Made by a program: the position numbers and the translations under genes. Shown in pieces: positions 1 through 9,493 of a stretch of 52,349 nt of DNA. The stretch covers positions 1 to 52,349 of the forward strand of contig JAUWLR010000003.1 of assembly GCA_030613615.1 (NCBI GenBank), read 5' to 3'. The stretch is from Candidatus Eiseniibacteriota bacterium. GTDB taxonomy: Bacteria; Joyebacterota; Joyebacteria; Joyebacterales; Joyebacteraceae. The notes under the pieces were generated by a model. The model did no database searches and was not told the origin of the DNA. It saw nothing but the letters and a program-made list of their open reading frames with translations. Position 1 is the first letter of the stretch. The number at the start of each line of letters is the position of its first letter.

Positions 1-696
1 CGCGGAGATGGTCTTGAGCTCGCCTGTCACTTCCGCGAATCCGACGACGGCGGTCTCCATCGCGTCTATGGCCTCACCGGCCGGGTCCTTTTTCTCACTG
101 ACGAACACCCTGAGCTCGGTCGCCATCACGCTGAGGTCGGCCGTCGCCTGCCTGAGATCGAAGGAGGCGGCGTTCGCGTTGACAAGCGCCTGCTTGACGA
201 GGTCCTTGCCCTCCTGGTCAGTGAGGATCTCGTCCGCCGACTTCAGGACGGCCTGGATGCCGGCGAGAGCCTCGCCCATCGCGTGCACGACGTCACCAAG
301 TCCCTTCTCATACACCCCCTGAACGACGGTGCCCTGCTCGACGTAGACGTCGCTTCCGCCGGGTATGACCGATATGACCTTCGCCCCGATGAGGCCGTAG
401 CTGGCAACCGAGATGCGCGAGTCGATGGGGATCCTGATGTCGTTGTCCACCTCCACCTCGGCAACCACCTTACCGAACGGCGCGAGCTTCAGTGAGATGA
501 TCTCACCAGCGTCGAGGCCGGCCACAGTCACCTTGTCCCCCGCAACCCGCCCCGAGACCTCTGTGAACATGATGCTGAACCCGTAACGGCTCTCACCGAA
601 GGAGAAGCCACCCAGCCACAGAATGCCCGCCACGAGCAGCAATCCCGCGACCGTCAGGGTGATCCCCACCCTCACCTCGTTCGCGTGTTCGGTCAT
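1..696 (-). CDS. mlaD: MlaD/MCE family protein (3' end runs off the window)
   Basis: Manual translation from ATG 696 (RBS AAGGGGGA): MTEHANEVRVGITLTVAGLLLVAGILWLGG...GDKVTVAGLDAGEI...IPIDSRISVASYGLIGAKVISVIPG, i.e. a TM anchor plus MCE domain; follows mlaE/mlaF. Confidence 0.88.
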   Translation of the reverse strand, partial: MTEHANEVRVGITLTVAGLLLVAGILWLGGFSFGESRYGFSIMFTEVSGRVAGDKVTVAGLDAGEIISLKLAPFGKVVAEVEVDNDIRIPIDSRISVASYGLIGAKVISVIPGGSDVYVEQGTVVQGVYEKGLGDVVHAMGEALAGIQAVLKSADEILTDQEGKDLVKQALVNANAASFDLRQATADLSVMATELRVFVSEKKDPAGEAIDAMETAVVGFAEVTGELKTISA

Positions 697-780
697 TGCG
701 TTCCCCCTTGGATTCCCATGTGGTCCTCCGGCCGGAGGCGTGACACGTGGTTCGCGGTGCCCGGTTGGCGGTCGCCCCTC

Positions 781-1722
781 TTACTCGAACACCTCCGAGT
801 CTGTCGGACGGGCGTCCGCCGTCGATCCGATCGCCGGCGCGTGACCGCGAGCGATGAAGGTCCTCACGGCCTCGTTGTCGCTACGTCTGAGATCGTCCAT
901 CGTTCCGCAGAGCTCGATCCTGCCGTCGTGCATCAGGGCGATCTTGTCGCCCGTGAACTTGGCGCTGTGCAGGTCGTGCGTGACGACGATCGACGTAGCA
1001 TTGATCTTGCATTGAAGCGCCCTGATGAGCTCGTTGATCTGCTCGGCCATGATGGGGTCCAGCCCGGTAGTCGGCTCGTCGTAGAGGACGATGTCCGGGT
1101 CGAGCGCGATGGCGCGCGCAAGAGCCACGCGCTTCTTCATGCCGCCCGAGAGCTCAGAGGGCTGAAGGTGCGACACCTCGGCGAGTCCCACCATTTCGAG
1201 CTTCGTCTCAACGAGGTCCGCGAGTTCGTCGCCCTTGATGCCCCGGTGCTCCTTGAGCGGCAGGCCCACGTTTTCCCCGACCGTCATCGAGTCGAAGAGC
1301 GCCCCACCCTGAAAGACCATACCGAAGCGCATTCTGAGATCCTTGAGCTCGCGCGCGTCCAGTCCCGTAAGCTCGTTGCCCTCCACGATGATCGAGCCGC
1401 GGTCCGGCTTCATGAGACCGATCACGTGCTTGAGAAGCACGCTCTTGCCGCATCCCGACGGTCCCAGAACCACCATCGTCTCGCCGTCGAGAACGGTGAG
1501 GTTGATACCACGCAGGACCTCCTGGTCCCCGAACGACTTCCAGAGGTCGCGCACCTCGATGACGGGCCTGGCGGTCGTGCCTCTGCCGGGTCCCGCGGTC
1601 GTGCCGCTGCAGGGTCCCGCGGTCGTGCCTCTGCCGGGTCCCGCGGTCGCGCCTCTGTCGGGTCCCGCAGTCGTGCCTCTGTCAGGTCTCTCGGTCGTGC
1701 CTCTGTCGGGTCTCTCGGTCAT
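781..1722 (-). CDS. mlaF: ABC transporter ATP-binding protein, MlaF/Mkl family, with repetitive N-terminal extension
   Basis: Walker A GPSGCGKS, VFQGGALFDSM, LSGGMKKRVALARA, YDEPTTGLDP, VTHD. Confidence 0.93.
   Translation of the reverse strand: MTERPDRGTTERPDRGTTAGPDRGATAGPGRGTTAGPCSGTTAGPGRGTTARPVIEVRDLWKSFGDQEVLRGINLTVLDGETMVVLGPSGCGKSVLLKHVIGLMKPDRGSIIVEGNELTGLDARELKDLRMRFGMVFQGGALFDSMTVGENVGLPLKEHRGIKGDELADLVETKLEMVGLAEVSHLQPSELSGGMKKRVALARAIALDPDIVLYDEPTTGLDPIMAEQINELIRALQCKINATSIVVTHDLHSAKFTGDKIALMHDGRIELCGTMDDLRRSDNEAVRTFIARGHAPAIGSTADARPTDSEVFE
1571..1714. repeat. 6 x 24-bp tandem repeat encoding TT(A/E)(G/R)P(D/G)RG at the mlaF N-terminus
   Basis: Units like gcggtcgtgcctctgccgggtccc start at 1571, 1595, 1619, 1643, 1667 and 1691. 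Confidence 0.92.
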
Positions 1723-1749
1723 TCATCGCTCCACGGGAAAGCCGCCGGA

Positions 1750-2583
1750 CTATGCACTGAAGATGATCTGGAACAGCAGAACGGCCAGAACGTAGTCGCT
1801 CACCAGTATCAGCACGCAGCTCGTGACGACGGCCCTCGTCGCCGCCGCGCCTACGCCGACGGCCCCCCCGAAGGTGCGGAGACCGGCGGCGCAGCCCATG
1901 AGCGAGATGATGCCACCGAAGACGAACGCCTTGAGGAGTCCGCTCATGACATCGCGCGCGACGAAGTGCATCTTCATCCCCTCGATGAAGATCTTGGGCG
2001 ACAGGTCCAGGGACGCGTTCGAGACGAAAAACCCGCCGCCGATGGCCAGTATGTCCGCGAACACCGTGAGCACCGGCAGCATCACGAGGGCAGCGACTAT
2101 GCGCGGCATCGTGAGATACCTGACCGGGTCGATGCCCATCGCGTCCATGGCGTCGATCTGCTCGGTGACGCGCATGGTACCGAGTTCCGCCGCGATGGAC
2201 GCGCTGACGCGCCCGCCGACGACGAGAGCCGTCAGCACGGGCCCAAGCTCGATGACCACCGACTTGTAGATGGCCGTGCCAAGATAGATCTTGGGAACGA
2301 AGTCCTTCAGCTGATAGGCCGCCTGGACGGCCGTCACCGCGCCGGTGAAAACAGAGGTCATGATAACGAGAGGGAGCGACTCGACGCCGATGCGCCGTGC
2401 CTGCTCGATGACCAGCGGCGCGGACCGCCCGAGCTTCCGCAGGGCCCGTGCGGAGCGCCAGAGAAGGACGCTCGCAAATCCGACCTCGGTGACGAGTCCG
2501 ATGGCCACGCGGCCTATGGTGCCGAACAGGCCCGCGCCCGCGTGAGTGATCGCGTGCCCGGGCGCGAAACTAGAGTTCCTCAA
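1750..2583 (-). CDS. mlaE: ABC transporter permease, MlaE family
   Basis: IGVESLP, ELGPVLTALVVGGRVSASIAAELGTMRVTEQIDAM, GAVGVGAAATRAVV. Probable TTG start at 2583 (RBS GAGGAG) overlapping the end of dnaB; start uncertain. Confidence 0.9.
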   Translation of the reverse strand: MRNSSFAPGHAITHAGAGLFGTIGRVAIGLVTEVGFASVLLWRSARALRKLGRSAPLVIEQARRIGVESLPLVIMTSVFTGAVTAVQAAYQLKDFVPKIYLGTAIYKSVVIELGPVLTALVVGGRVSASIAAELGTMRVTEQIDAMDAMGIDPVRYLTMPRIVAALVMLPVLTVFADILAIGGGFFVSNASLDLSPKIFIEGMKMHFVARDVMSGLLKAFVFGGIISLMGCAAGLRTFGGAVGVGAAATRAVVTSCVLILVSDYVLAVLLFQIIFSA

Positions 2584-3961
2584 AGGGCTCCTCGGTCCTC
2601 CTGCTGAGGTTGTCGAACCGTGTGCACTCGGACTGGAACGCCAGGTGTACGGTTCCCGTCGGACCGTTCCTCTGCTTGCCGATGATGATCTCGGCGCGGC
2701 CGATGTTCTCGGGCGTGCGGTCGTACTGCTCGGCCCGGTAGATGAACATGACCACGTCCGCGTCCTGCTCGATCGCGCCCGATTCTCTGAGATCCGAGAG
2801 GATGGGCCTCCGGTCGCCGCCCCGCGACTCCACCGCCCGAGACAGCTGTGACAGCGCCAGCACGGGAACGTCGAGTTCCTTGGCGAGCGCCTTGAGCGAG
2901 CGCGAGATCTCAGAGATCTCCTGCTGGCGGTTCTCGGGACGTCCGAGCCCACGCATCAGCTGGAGGTAGTCGACGATGACGAGTCCGATGTCGGACTCGG
3001 CCTTGAGCCTTCTGGCCTTCGACCGCATCTCGAGCACGTTCATAGACGGCGTGTCGTCGATGTAGATGGCCGACTCCGACAGGAGCCCGGCCGCCGTCGT
3101 CAGGTCCGACCATTGCTTGTCCGCGAGGTACCCGGTCCGAAGCTTGTGCCCGTCGACGCGCGCCTCGCAGCACAGCATGCGCTGGACCAGCTGTTCTTTC
3201 CCCATCTCCAGGCTGAAGACAGCGGTCGGCGTCTTGCCGTCGATCGAGGCATGCGCCGCAACGTTGAGGGCGAAGGCCGTTTTCCCCATCGACGGCCGCC
3301 CCGCGATGACGATGAGCTCAGCCTTCTGAAAACCCGAGGTCAGCGCGTCGAGGTCGTCGAAGCCGGACGCGATCCCGGTTACGTGCTGCTTCTTGTCGTA
3401 GAGTTCCTGAATGACCTCGAAGCTGTGCTTGAGGATCTCGCGCATCGGCACGAAGTCGCGGTGGACGCGCGCCTGAGCGATCTCGAAGATAGCGTGCTCG
3501 GCCCGGTCGAGGATGTCGGCAGCTTCGCCCCCCGCGTCGTACGCTTCCTGCACAACCTCCGTCGCGACGCTGATGAGCTTCCTCAGAATCGCTTTCTCGA
3601 GGACTATCTTCGCGTGGTGCCGCACATTCGCGGTCGTGGCAACGCTGCCCAGGACCTGCGACAGATAAGCGGCCCCACCCACGTCATCCAGCACCTTCTG
3701 CCGCTTGAGCTCTTGGGTCACCGTGACCAGATCGACGGCCTCTTCCTTGGAAAAAAGCTCGATGACGGCCCTGAAGATCTTCTTGTGGGCGCCCTTGTAG
3801 AACGCGGTATCGTCGAGGACCTCACTGACCGCCCCGACCGCCGACGTGTCGAGGAGCATCGCGCCTATGACGGCTATCTCGGCATCGATCGCCTGCGGCG
3901 GGATGCGGTCGGCCACGGCCGCCCGCACCGTCTCCCGTGTTGTTCTCTCCTTGGTTGCCAT
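2570..3961 (-). CDS. dnaB: Replicative DNA helicase
   Basis: PPQAIDAEIAVIGAML, AGRPSMGKTAF, IVDYLQL, LSQLSRAVE, SDLRESGAIEQDAD, KQRNGPTG; ATG 3961 after GGAGG. Confidence 0.97.
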   Translation of the reverse strand: MATKERTTRETVRAAVADRIPPQAIDAEIAVIGAMLLDTSAVGAVSEVLDDTAFYKGAHKKIFRAVIELFSKEEAVDLVTVTQELKRQKVLDDVGGAAYLSQVLGSVATTANVRHHAKIVLEKAILRKLISVATEVVQEAYDAGGEAADILDRAEHAIFEIAQARVHRDFVPMREILKHSFEVIQELYDKKQHVTGIASGFDDLDALTSGFQKAELIVIAGRPSMGKTAFALNVAAHASIDGKTPTAVFSLEMGKEQLVQRMLCCEARVDGHKLRTGYLADKQWSDLTTAAGLLSESAIYIDDTPSMNVLEMRSKARRLKAESDIGLVIVDYLQLMRGLGRPENRQQEISEISRSLKALAKELDVPVLALSQLSRAVESRGGDRRPILSDLRESGAIEQDADVVMFIYRAEQYDRTPENIGRAEIIIGKQRNGPTGTVHLAFQSECTRFDNLSRRTEEPFEEL

Positions 3962-3982
3962 ACCCGCCTCCGGCACACTTGG

Positions 3983-4615
3983 CTAATGGTACGAGGCAAA
4001 CACCTCTGCACTCGTCACGCGGACGTCGAAGATGTGGGTGAGCACACGACTCCCCGTCCGAACAGTAAGCTCGATCATCATTCTCTTGCCTATCGCCGTC
4101 TCCGCAAGGGACTGCAGCTCGGACTTGCTCTGCCCGGAGGTGAGCGTGACGCCGAAGAACTCGGACGAGGCGTTCCAGGACCCGCCCATAGCCTTGCTGG
4201 GGAACCACTCCCACTCGGCGTGCGAGAGCGGCAGCATGCCGACGACCGTCTGCCCAAGTCCTGGGATCAGCGTGGGTGGCTGAGGCAGCTCCGGGCCCGC
4301 GTGGGGCGCCGTGGAAACCAGGGCCTCCCGTTCCTCGGACCTGTACAAGAACGTCGCTTCTTCCCAGAGAATCGCGGCCGTGGTGTCAGCGGGGTTCGTG
4401 AAGTGGGCACTCAGACCAGCGCTCGTCGCAGACCACTCGATCTTGACGGCTATCTCCTCGGTCCCGGGACCGGTCTCGGGGACGTTCTCTTCGATCACGG
4501 CCTCGTTGACCGCGACCTCGTAGCGGACCTCGTAGCTCGCCGACTGGCAGCCCGCGAGCGCCCAGCAGATCAGAATCGATGAAAGGAGCACAAGGGAAAT
4601 GTATTTCGCCTTCAT
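3983..4615 (-). CDS. Hypothetical lipoprotein
   Basis: Signal peptide with lipobox LAG-C; RBS GGAGG; no recognisable family. Confidence 0.75.
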   Translation of the reverse strand: MKAKYISLVLLSSILICWALAGCQSASYEVRYEVAVNEAVIEENVPETGPGTEEIAVKIEWSATSAGLSAHFTNPADTTAAILWEEATFLYRSEEREALVSTAPHAGPELPQPPTLIPGLGQTVVGMLPLSHAEWEWFPSKAMGGSWNASSEFFGVTLTSGQSKSELQSLAETAIGKRMMIELTVRTGSRVLTHIFDVRVTSAEVFASYH

Positions 4616-4655
4616 TGGGCGCGCCTCCCGTTAGTGATGTGGTTCGCGGTCTCGC

Positions 4656-4859
4656 CTACTTCACCTTGCACGTGTTGATCTTGAAGAGCGCGTATGCCGG
4701 GCATCTGTTTGCCAGCCCGGTCACCAGCGAGATGGCGCCGATGACGATGAGAGTCCGCCCCCAGACACCGCCTGGCATGACGAACAGCCCCAGCGCAAGC
4801 AGGGCCAGGCCGAGGACCACTCGCACGATCCGATCAGCGGAACCGACGTTGCTCTTCAC
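4656..4859 (-). CDS. DUF2892 (YgaP-like) small membrane protein
   Basis: GTG 4859 after AAGGAGG; NVGSADRIVRVVLG...TGLANRCPAYALFKINTC pattern. Confidence 0.88.
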   Translation of the reverse strand: MKSNVGSADRIVRVVLGLALLALGLFVMPGGVWGRTLIVIGAISLVTGLANRCPAYALFKINTCKVK

Positions 4860-5021
4860 GCTCTTCCTCCTTGTCGTGACCGGTGAGCCACTTCCCCGGC
4901 ACTCCCTCGGCACGTGCCCTGACGACATCGTAGCACGACTCGCTCGCATCTTCGTCCGCCAGAACAACCCCGGCCTGTCGGTCGCTGTGCCATCTGTTCT
5001 TCTCTCTTCGGGGATAACGTC

Positions 5022-5921
5022 CTACGCTTTCACGTACTCCCGCTTGATCAACTGGATGTCGTCCCAGATCGGTCGCTTGTACTTGGGGTCCCTCAGAGCG
5101 GCCGCCGGATGGTACGTCGGGATGACCTTGACGTTGCCTTCCACGTACATCTTCCCTCGCAGACTTCCCATCGACCCACGGATACCCAGGAGCGTCTGCG
5201 TCGCGGGAAGCCCCAGCGTGCATATGACCCTCGGAGCGATCAGCGCGACCTGCCTGCCCAGGTACGGGAGGCAGGCCTCGATCTCGTTGGTCAAAGGCGT
5301 GCGGTTGTTCGGCGGCCTGCACTTGATGATGTTAGCGATATAGACGTCGTCGCGCTCGATCCCGGCGGCCTCGAGAATCTTGTTGAGAAGCTGTCCCGAT
5401 CTCCCCACGAACGGGATCCCCTGGATGTCCTCGTCACGACCGGGCGCCTCGCCGATGAACATCAGGCGCGCGTTCGGGTTGCCGGCGCCGAAGACCACGT
5501 TCGTGCGACCGCCCGCCAATTCACAGTTCTGGCAGCCGACCGACCTGGCCTCGACCTGCTCAAGCGTCGTGCACGTCTCGAGTCCCGTGGACCCGGCGAA
5601 CATATCGCCCGTCGTCGCCTCCCTCGAGAACGCGAGCTTGACCTTGACGATCTCGACCGTGGGGACATCGGGCGCCTCCGGTGTCGCGGTGACGTCGGGC
5701 GCCTCCGGGGCCGCGGTGACGTCGGGCGCCTCCGGTGTCGCGGTGACGTCGGGCGCCTCCGGGGTCGCTGCGACATCAGAGGTCTTCACAGTCGAGTGTG
5801 CCTTCGGAGCATCCGCGCGGCCCGGGACAGACGGCAGATAGATCTCGGTCTCGCCTGCTTCACCGAGCTGTCTGAAGTACTCCGCCGCGAGCTTGTTGGC
5901 CTCGTCGCGTCCGCTAGCCAT
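5022..5921 (-). CDS. Uracil-DNA glycosylase family 4 (Fe-S) with Pro/Ala/Thr repeat linker
   Basis: CQNCEL, IGEAPG..ED..G.PFVG, NIIKCRPPNNR, TYHPAA. Confidence 0.93.
   Translation of the reverse strand: MASGRDEANKLAAEYFRQLGEAGETEIYLPSVPGRADAPKAHSTVKTSDVAATPEAPDVTATPEAPDVTAAPEAPDVTATPEAPDVPTVEIVKVKLAFSREATTGDMFAGSTGLETCTTLEQVEARSVGCQNCELAGGRTNVVFGAGNPNARLMFIGEAPGRDEDIQGIPFVGRSGQLLNKILEAAGIERDDVYIANIIKCRPPNNRTPLTNEIEACLPYLGRQVALIAPRVICTLGLPATQTLLGIRGSMGSLRGKMYVEGNVKVIPTYHPAAALRDPKYKRPIWDDIQLIKREYVKA
5664..5771. repeat. 4 x 27-bp tandem repeat encoding (T/A)PEAPDVTA inside the UDG gene
   Basis: Units like gacgtcgggcgcctccgg.. start at 5664, 5691, 5718 and 5745. Confidence 0.92.
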
Positions 5922-7170
5922 CTATCTTTCCCCACCCCAGTTCGTGAATGGCGAACGTCAGGACGATGTCAGCAAGCTCACTCTTGGAGACCTTGCCCAC
6001 GCTCTCCTCCAGCCCGGTCCGCCCGATGACGGTAGCGATGTTCGTGTCCGTGCCGAAACCCGCGCCCTCAACCATCGGGTTGTTGACCACGACAAGGTCC
6101 AGGCTCTTCTCTTCGAGCTTCTTCCTGGCGTTGGGTACCTCGTCCCGGGTTTCCACGGCGAAACCTACCACACCCTGTCCCAGCTGCTTCCTGCTCGCGA
6201 CCTCACTCAGGATGTCCTCGGTCCGGACGAGCTCGATATTCAGTATGTCAGCGCGCTTCTTGATCTTGTGCTCCGGGACATCCGATGGACGGTAGTCGGC
6301 CGGGGCGGCCGCCATGACGAGCAGGTGGAGTTCCGGAAGTTCCGCAAGGACGGCATCGAGCATCTCTCTGGTCGTGCCCACGCGGACGAATCTCACGCCG
6401 GCGGGCGGCTCGAGCGCCGTACGGCCGGAGATGAGAACGACCTCGGCGCCGCGAGAGAGAGCGCGTTCCGCCAACGCGAATCCCATCTTGCCCGTCGATG
6501 GGTTGCCGATGTGCCGTACCGGATCAATGGGTTCCTCGGTCGGCCCGGCCGTGACCACGACGCGCTTCCCCGCGAGGTCCCCCGGCACCAGCACGGCGAG
6601 CGCCGCGTCGACGATGGCGTCGGGGGCGGCCAGACGACCGCGCCCCACGGCACCGCTGGCGAGCCTGCCCTCTTCCGGCTCGATTATGACGACACCGCGC
6701 TCCTTCAGGGTCGTGAGGTTCTCCGTGACCGCGTCGGACAGGAGCATATTGACGTTCATGGCGGGCGCGACGAGCACGGGACAGGTCATTGCCAGTAGCT
6801 CGGTCGACAGGAAGTCATCGGCGATCCCACCGGCCATCTTGCCGATGATGTTGGCCGTCGCCGGAGCGACGATGGCAAGGTCCGCCGCTTCACTGAGCTT
6901 CACGTGCCTGAGCCGCTCGGTCTCCGACACGGCCTCCTCAAGCTCCGTGACACCGACCTTCGTCTCGGGCCACATACTGACAACGACCTCGTTGCCCGAG
7001 AGCGTCTCGAACGTCAGGGGCGCTATGAACCGCGTCGCGTTCTCCGTCATCACGACGATGACGTTGGCACCCAGCGACGCCAGTCTGCTTACGATGTGCG
7101 GGGTCTTGAACGCGGCGACGCTGCCCGTGACGCCCAGCACAACCACTTTTCCTGCCAGCAGATCTCCCAT
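5914..7170 (-). CDS. coaBC: Bifunctional phosphopantothenoylcysteine decarboxylase / phosphopantothenate-cysteine ligase
   Basis: LGVTGSVAAFK, APATANIIGK, APAMNVNM, VTAGPTEEPIDPVR, STGKMG, GFAVET; ATG 7170 after GGAGG. Confidence 0.96.
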   Translation of the reverse strand: MGDLLAGKVVVLGVTGSVAAFKTPHIVSRLASLGANVIVVMTENATRFIAPLTFETLSGNEVVVSMWPETKVGVTELEEAVSETERLRHVKLSEAADLAIVAPATANIIGKMAGGIADDFLSTELLAMTCPVLVAPAMNVNMLLSDAVTENLTTLKERGVVIIEPEEGRLASGAVGRGRLAAPDAIVDAALAVLVPGDLAGKRVVVTAGPTEEPIDPVRHIGNPSTGKMGFALAERALSRGAEVVLISGRTALEPPAGVRFVRVGTTREMLDAVLAELPELHLLVMAAAPADYRPSDVPEHKIKKRADILNIELVRTEDILSEVASRKQLGQGVVGFAVETRDEVPNARKKLEEKSLDLVVVNNPMVEGAGFGTDTNIATVIGRTGLEESVGKVSKSELADIVLTFAIHELGWGKIDG

Positions 7171-7189
7171 TCGATGGTGGCCTCCGGGG

Positions 7190-7420
7190 CTACTCGTCGT
7201 CGAGGTCTTCCGCGGCTTCGTCCTCGGTCTCGATGATCTCGTACTCGACCGCACCGTCGGTGATGAGCTTGAGCGCAAGTGAGGTGCACTTCGCCTCCGC
7301 GTCCGGCCGCTGGTCCGGATCCATCGCGTGGAGGCGCCGCGCGACCTTCGCCGCGAGCACGGCGCCCAGGAACTCGTTCTTCGCGTACTTGAGGAGATCG
7401 TTCTTCTTGAGCGGGTCCAT
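7190..7420 (-). CDS. rpoZ: RNA polymerase omega subunit
   Basis: 76 aa with NEFLGAVLAAKVARRL...LALKLI..G; canonical position between gmk and coaBC. Confidence 0.8.
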   Translation of the reverse strand: MDPLKKNDLLKYAKNEFLGAVLAAKVARRLHAMDPDQRPDAEAKCTSLALKLITDGAVEYEIIETEDEAAEDLDDE

Positions 7421-7458
7421 CGCTACCCTCCGTCTGTCAGTCTCCCCCGGCTCGTCTA

Positions 7459-8043
7459 CTACGAAACCGGTTCGGACTTCGCCTGTCGTTCTTTCGCGAT
7501 TATATCGAGTGTCTCCCGGACGGCCACGTCCAGGTCGTCGTTCACCACCCTGTGGTCGTATCTGTCGGCCCAGTCCAGCTCGCCGATCGCGTTCTTGAGC
7601 CTCGTCTCTATGACGTCCGCGTCGTCCGTCGCTCTGCTGCGCAGCCTGGTCTCCAGAACCTCGGGCGACGGCGGCAGAACAAACACGAGTACGCTCTCCG
7701 GGTACAGCTTCTTGATCGACATCCCGCCCTGGACATCGACGTCCATCACGACGTTCTTCCCGGACGCTGCGATCTCGTCTACTACGCGCTTCCGCGTACC
7801 GTAGCGAAAGCCGTGCACGACCGCCCACTCCGCGAGGTCTCCGGCCTCGACAAGCTCGTCGAACCGTTCATCCGACACGAACTCGTAGTGCGCGCGGTCC
7901 CGCTCGTCGTGCCTCGGCGGGCGCGTCGTAACCGACACCGAGTACGCGGTGCCGGGATCTTCCTTGAGCACCCTTCTCGCGATGGTCGACTTGCCGACGC
8001 CCGATGGGCCGGATACAACGATGGGAAACGCCGTGCGGTTCAC
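7459..8043 (-). CDS. gmk: Guanylate kinase
   Basis: SGPSGVGKST, SVSVTTRPPR, EWAVVHG.RYGT, DVDVQG. Confidence 0.96.
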   Translation of the reverse strand: MNRTAFPIVVSGPSGVGKSTIARRVLKEDPGTAYSVSVTTRPPRHDERDRAHYEFVSDERFDELVEAGDLAEWAVVHGFRYGTRKRVVDEIAASGKNVVMDVDVQGGMSIKKLYPESVLVFVLPPSPEVLETRLRSRATDDADVIETRLKNAIGELDWADRYDHRVVNDDLDVAVRETLDIIAKERQAKSEPVS

Positions 8044-8074
8044 TCTGCCCTCCGGCAGTCGTGGCAGGTCGATG

Positions 8075-8338
8075 TCACTGGGAATCCGAGTGGTCGTCGC
8101 GGCCCTCGAGCCTCTGCGTGATGGTCTCGGCCGCGACAGCGGACAGAATAACGTGGTCGCTGTCGGTGACGATGACCGCGCGGGGCCTTCGACCCTGGGT
8201 CGCGTCGACGAGTTTCCCGGTGTCGCGCGCGTGGTCCTTGAGCCGTTTGACCGGCGCCGAACCGGGCGTGATGATGGCCACGACCCTATCAGACGCCACC
8301 ACGTTGCCGAAGCCGATGTTCAGGAGAAGGTTGTTCAA
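8075..8338 (-). CDS. remA: DUF370 / RemA family protein
   Basis: [38 protein letters not shown]; TTG 8338 after GGAGG. Confidence 0.9.
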   Translation of the reverse strand: MNNLLLNIGFGNVVASDRVVAIITPGSAPVKRLKDHARDTGKLVDATQGRRPRAVIVTDSDHVILSAVAAETITQRLEGRDDHSDSQ

Positions 8339-8352
8339 CCCCCTAGCCTCCT

Positions 8353-9228
8353 TCACTCCACGTTCTGGACCTGCTCGCGGAGCTTCTCGATCTCTTCCTT
8401 GAGCGACAGCACTGGACCGGTGACGCCGACATCGCCGCCCTTGGACCCGGTCGTGTTCGCTTCCCTCAGCATCTCCTGCACGAGGAAGTTGAACCTCTTG
8501 CCGACGGGTTCATCGGCGTTCAGGCACTCGCGCGACTGCGAGATGTGTGCCCTCAGCCTCACGATCTCCTCGGTGTAGTCGGCGCGCTCGGCCGCGATGG
8601 CGACCTCCTGCGCGAGGCGCGTCTCGTCAACGGGGATGGACCCATCGAGGAGCTTCGCGATCCTGGCGGTGAGCCGCTCCTTCATCGCCTCGGCGGCGCC
8701 GGCGGAGAACTCGTCCAGCGCCGTCACGATCCCGTCGATGGCGTCAAGCCGCCCCGCCAGTTCCTCACTGAGTTTCGCTCCCTCGGCTTCGCGCATCGCG
8801 AGGAGCCCGCCCAGTGCCTCCGACAGCACGGGCTCGAGAGACGACCAGACCTCGTCCGCGCCGGCCACGTCGCCGGACTGCTGAAAGATCTGCGGGAATC
8901 GCGTGACGACGGAGAGATCCACCTCACCGGGGACGAAGAGCTCCTCACCGAGCAGCCTGAGCTGCCTGACGAGCTCGTGCGCCGCGTGGATGTCTATGGA
9001 AGGGCTCTCATCGGCGGCGCTCTTCCATTCAATATAGACGGTGACCCGACCGCGTGCCAGCACCGACTCGACGAGCTTCCGGATCCTGTCCTCGACCCGG
9101 AGCATCGTCCGGGGCGCCTTGATCTGCACGTCGAGGAACCGCTGGTTGACGGAGCGTACCTCCACCCTGACACGCCGCTCCTCGCCGCTCTTCTCCGAGC
9201 AACCGTAGCCGGTCATGCTCCTGAGCAC
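8353..9228 (-). CDS. yicC: YicC/YloC family endoribonuclease
   Basis: [54 protein letters not shown]. Confidence 0.95.
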   Translation of the reverse strand: MLRSMTGYGCSEKSGEERRVRVEVRSVNQRFLDVQIKAPRTMLRVEDRIRKLVESVLARGRVTVYIEWKSAADESPSIDIHAAHELVRQLRLLGEELFVPGEVDLSVVTRFPQIFQQSGDVAGADEVWSSLEPVLSEALGGLLAMREAEGAKLSEELAGRLDAIDGIVTALDEFSAGAAEAMKERLTARIAKLLDGSIPVDETRLAQEVAIAAERADYTEEIVRLRAHISQSRECLNADEPVGKRFNFLVQEMLREANTTGSKGGDVGVTGPVLSLKEEIEKLREQVQNVE

Positions 9229-9265
9229 GGGCTTCCCTCCTTCTGGGTTATTGCGATAACCACGT

Positions 9266-9294
9266 ACTATACGTCCTCAACCCGGGCCGGTCAA
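9266..9294 (-). promoter_or_regulatory. Sigma70-type promoter of the yicC-gmk-rpoZ-coaBC operon
   Basis: TTGACC-N17-TATAGT on the minus strand, followed by the inverted repeat GGTTATCGCAATAACC (9246-9261). Confidence 0.7.
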
Positions 9295-9493
9295 TGAAAT
9301 CCAGAGCATTCGGGCGATTTCAGGCGATTGCGGGATTACGCTGACCGTGAACGGCGCAGTCTCTGGACTGGAGCGCTCACCTGCCGTAGACTGTAGCCTC
9401 GCACAGGAGCTTGAAGCGCATCCGGGCGCGGCCAATGCCTTCCCGCCTGCGGGTCTGCACGCTGCCTGCGGCGCACCACCACCGGAGTACGAC

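Noticed and set aside
2570-3961. Intein in DnaB
   Set aside because: Normal length (about 463 aa) with contiguous helicase motifs.
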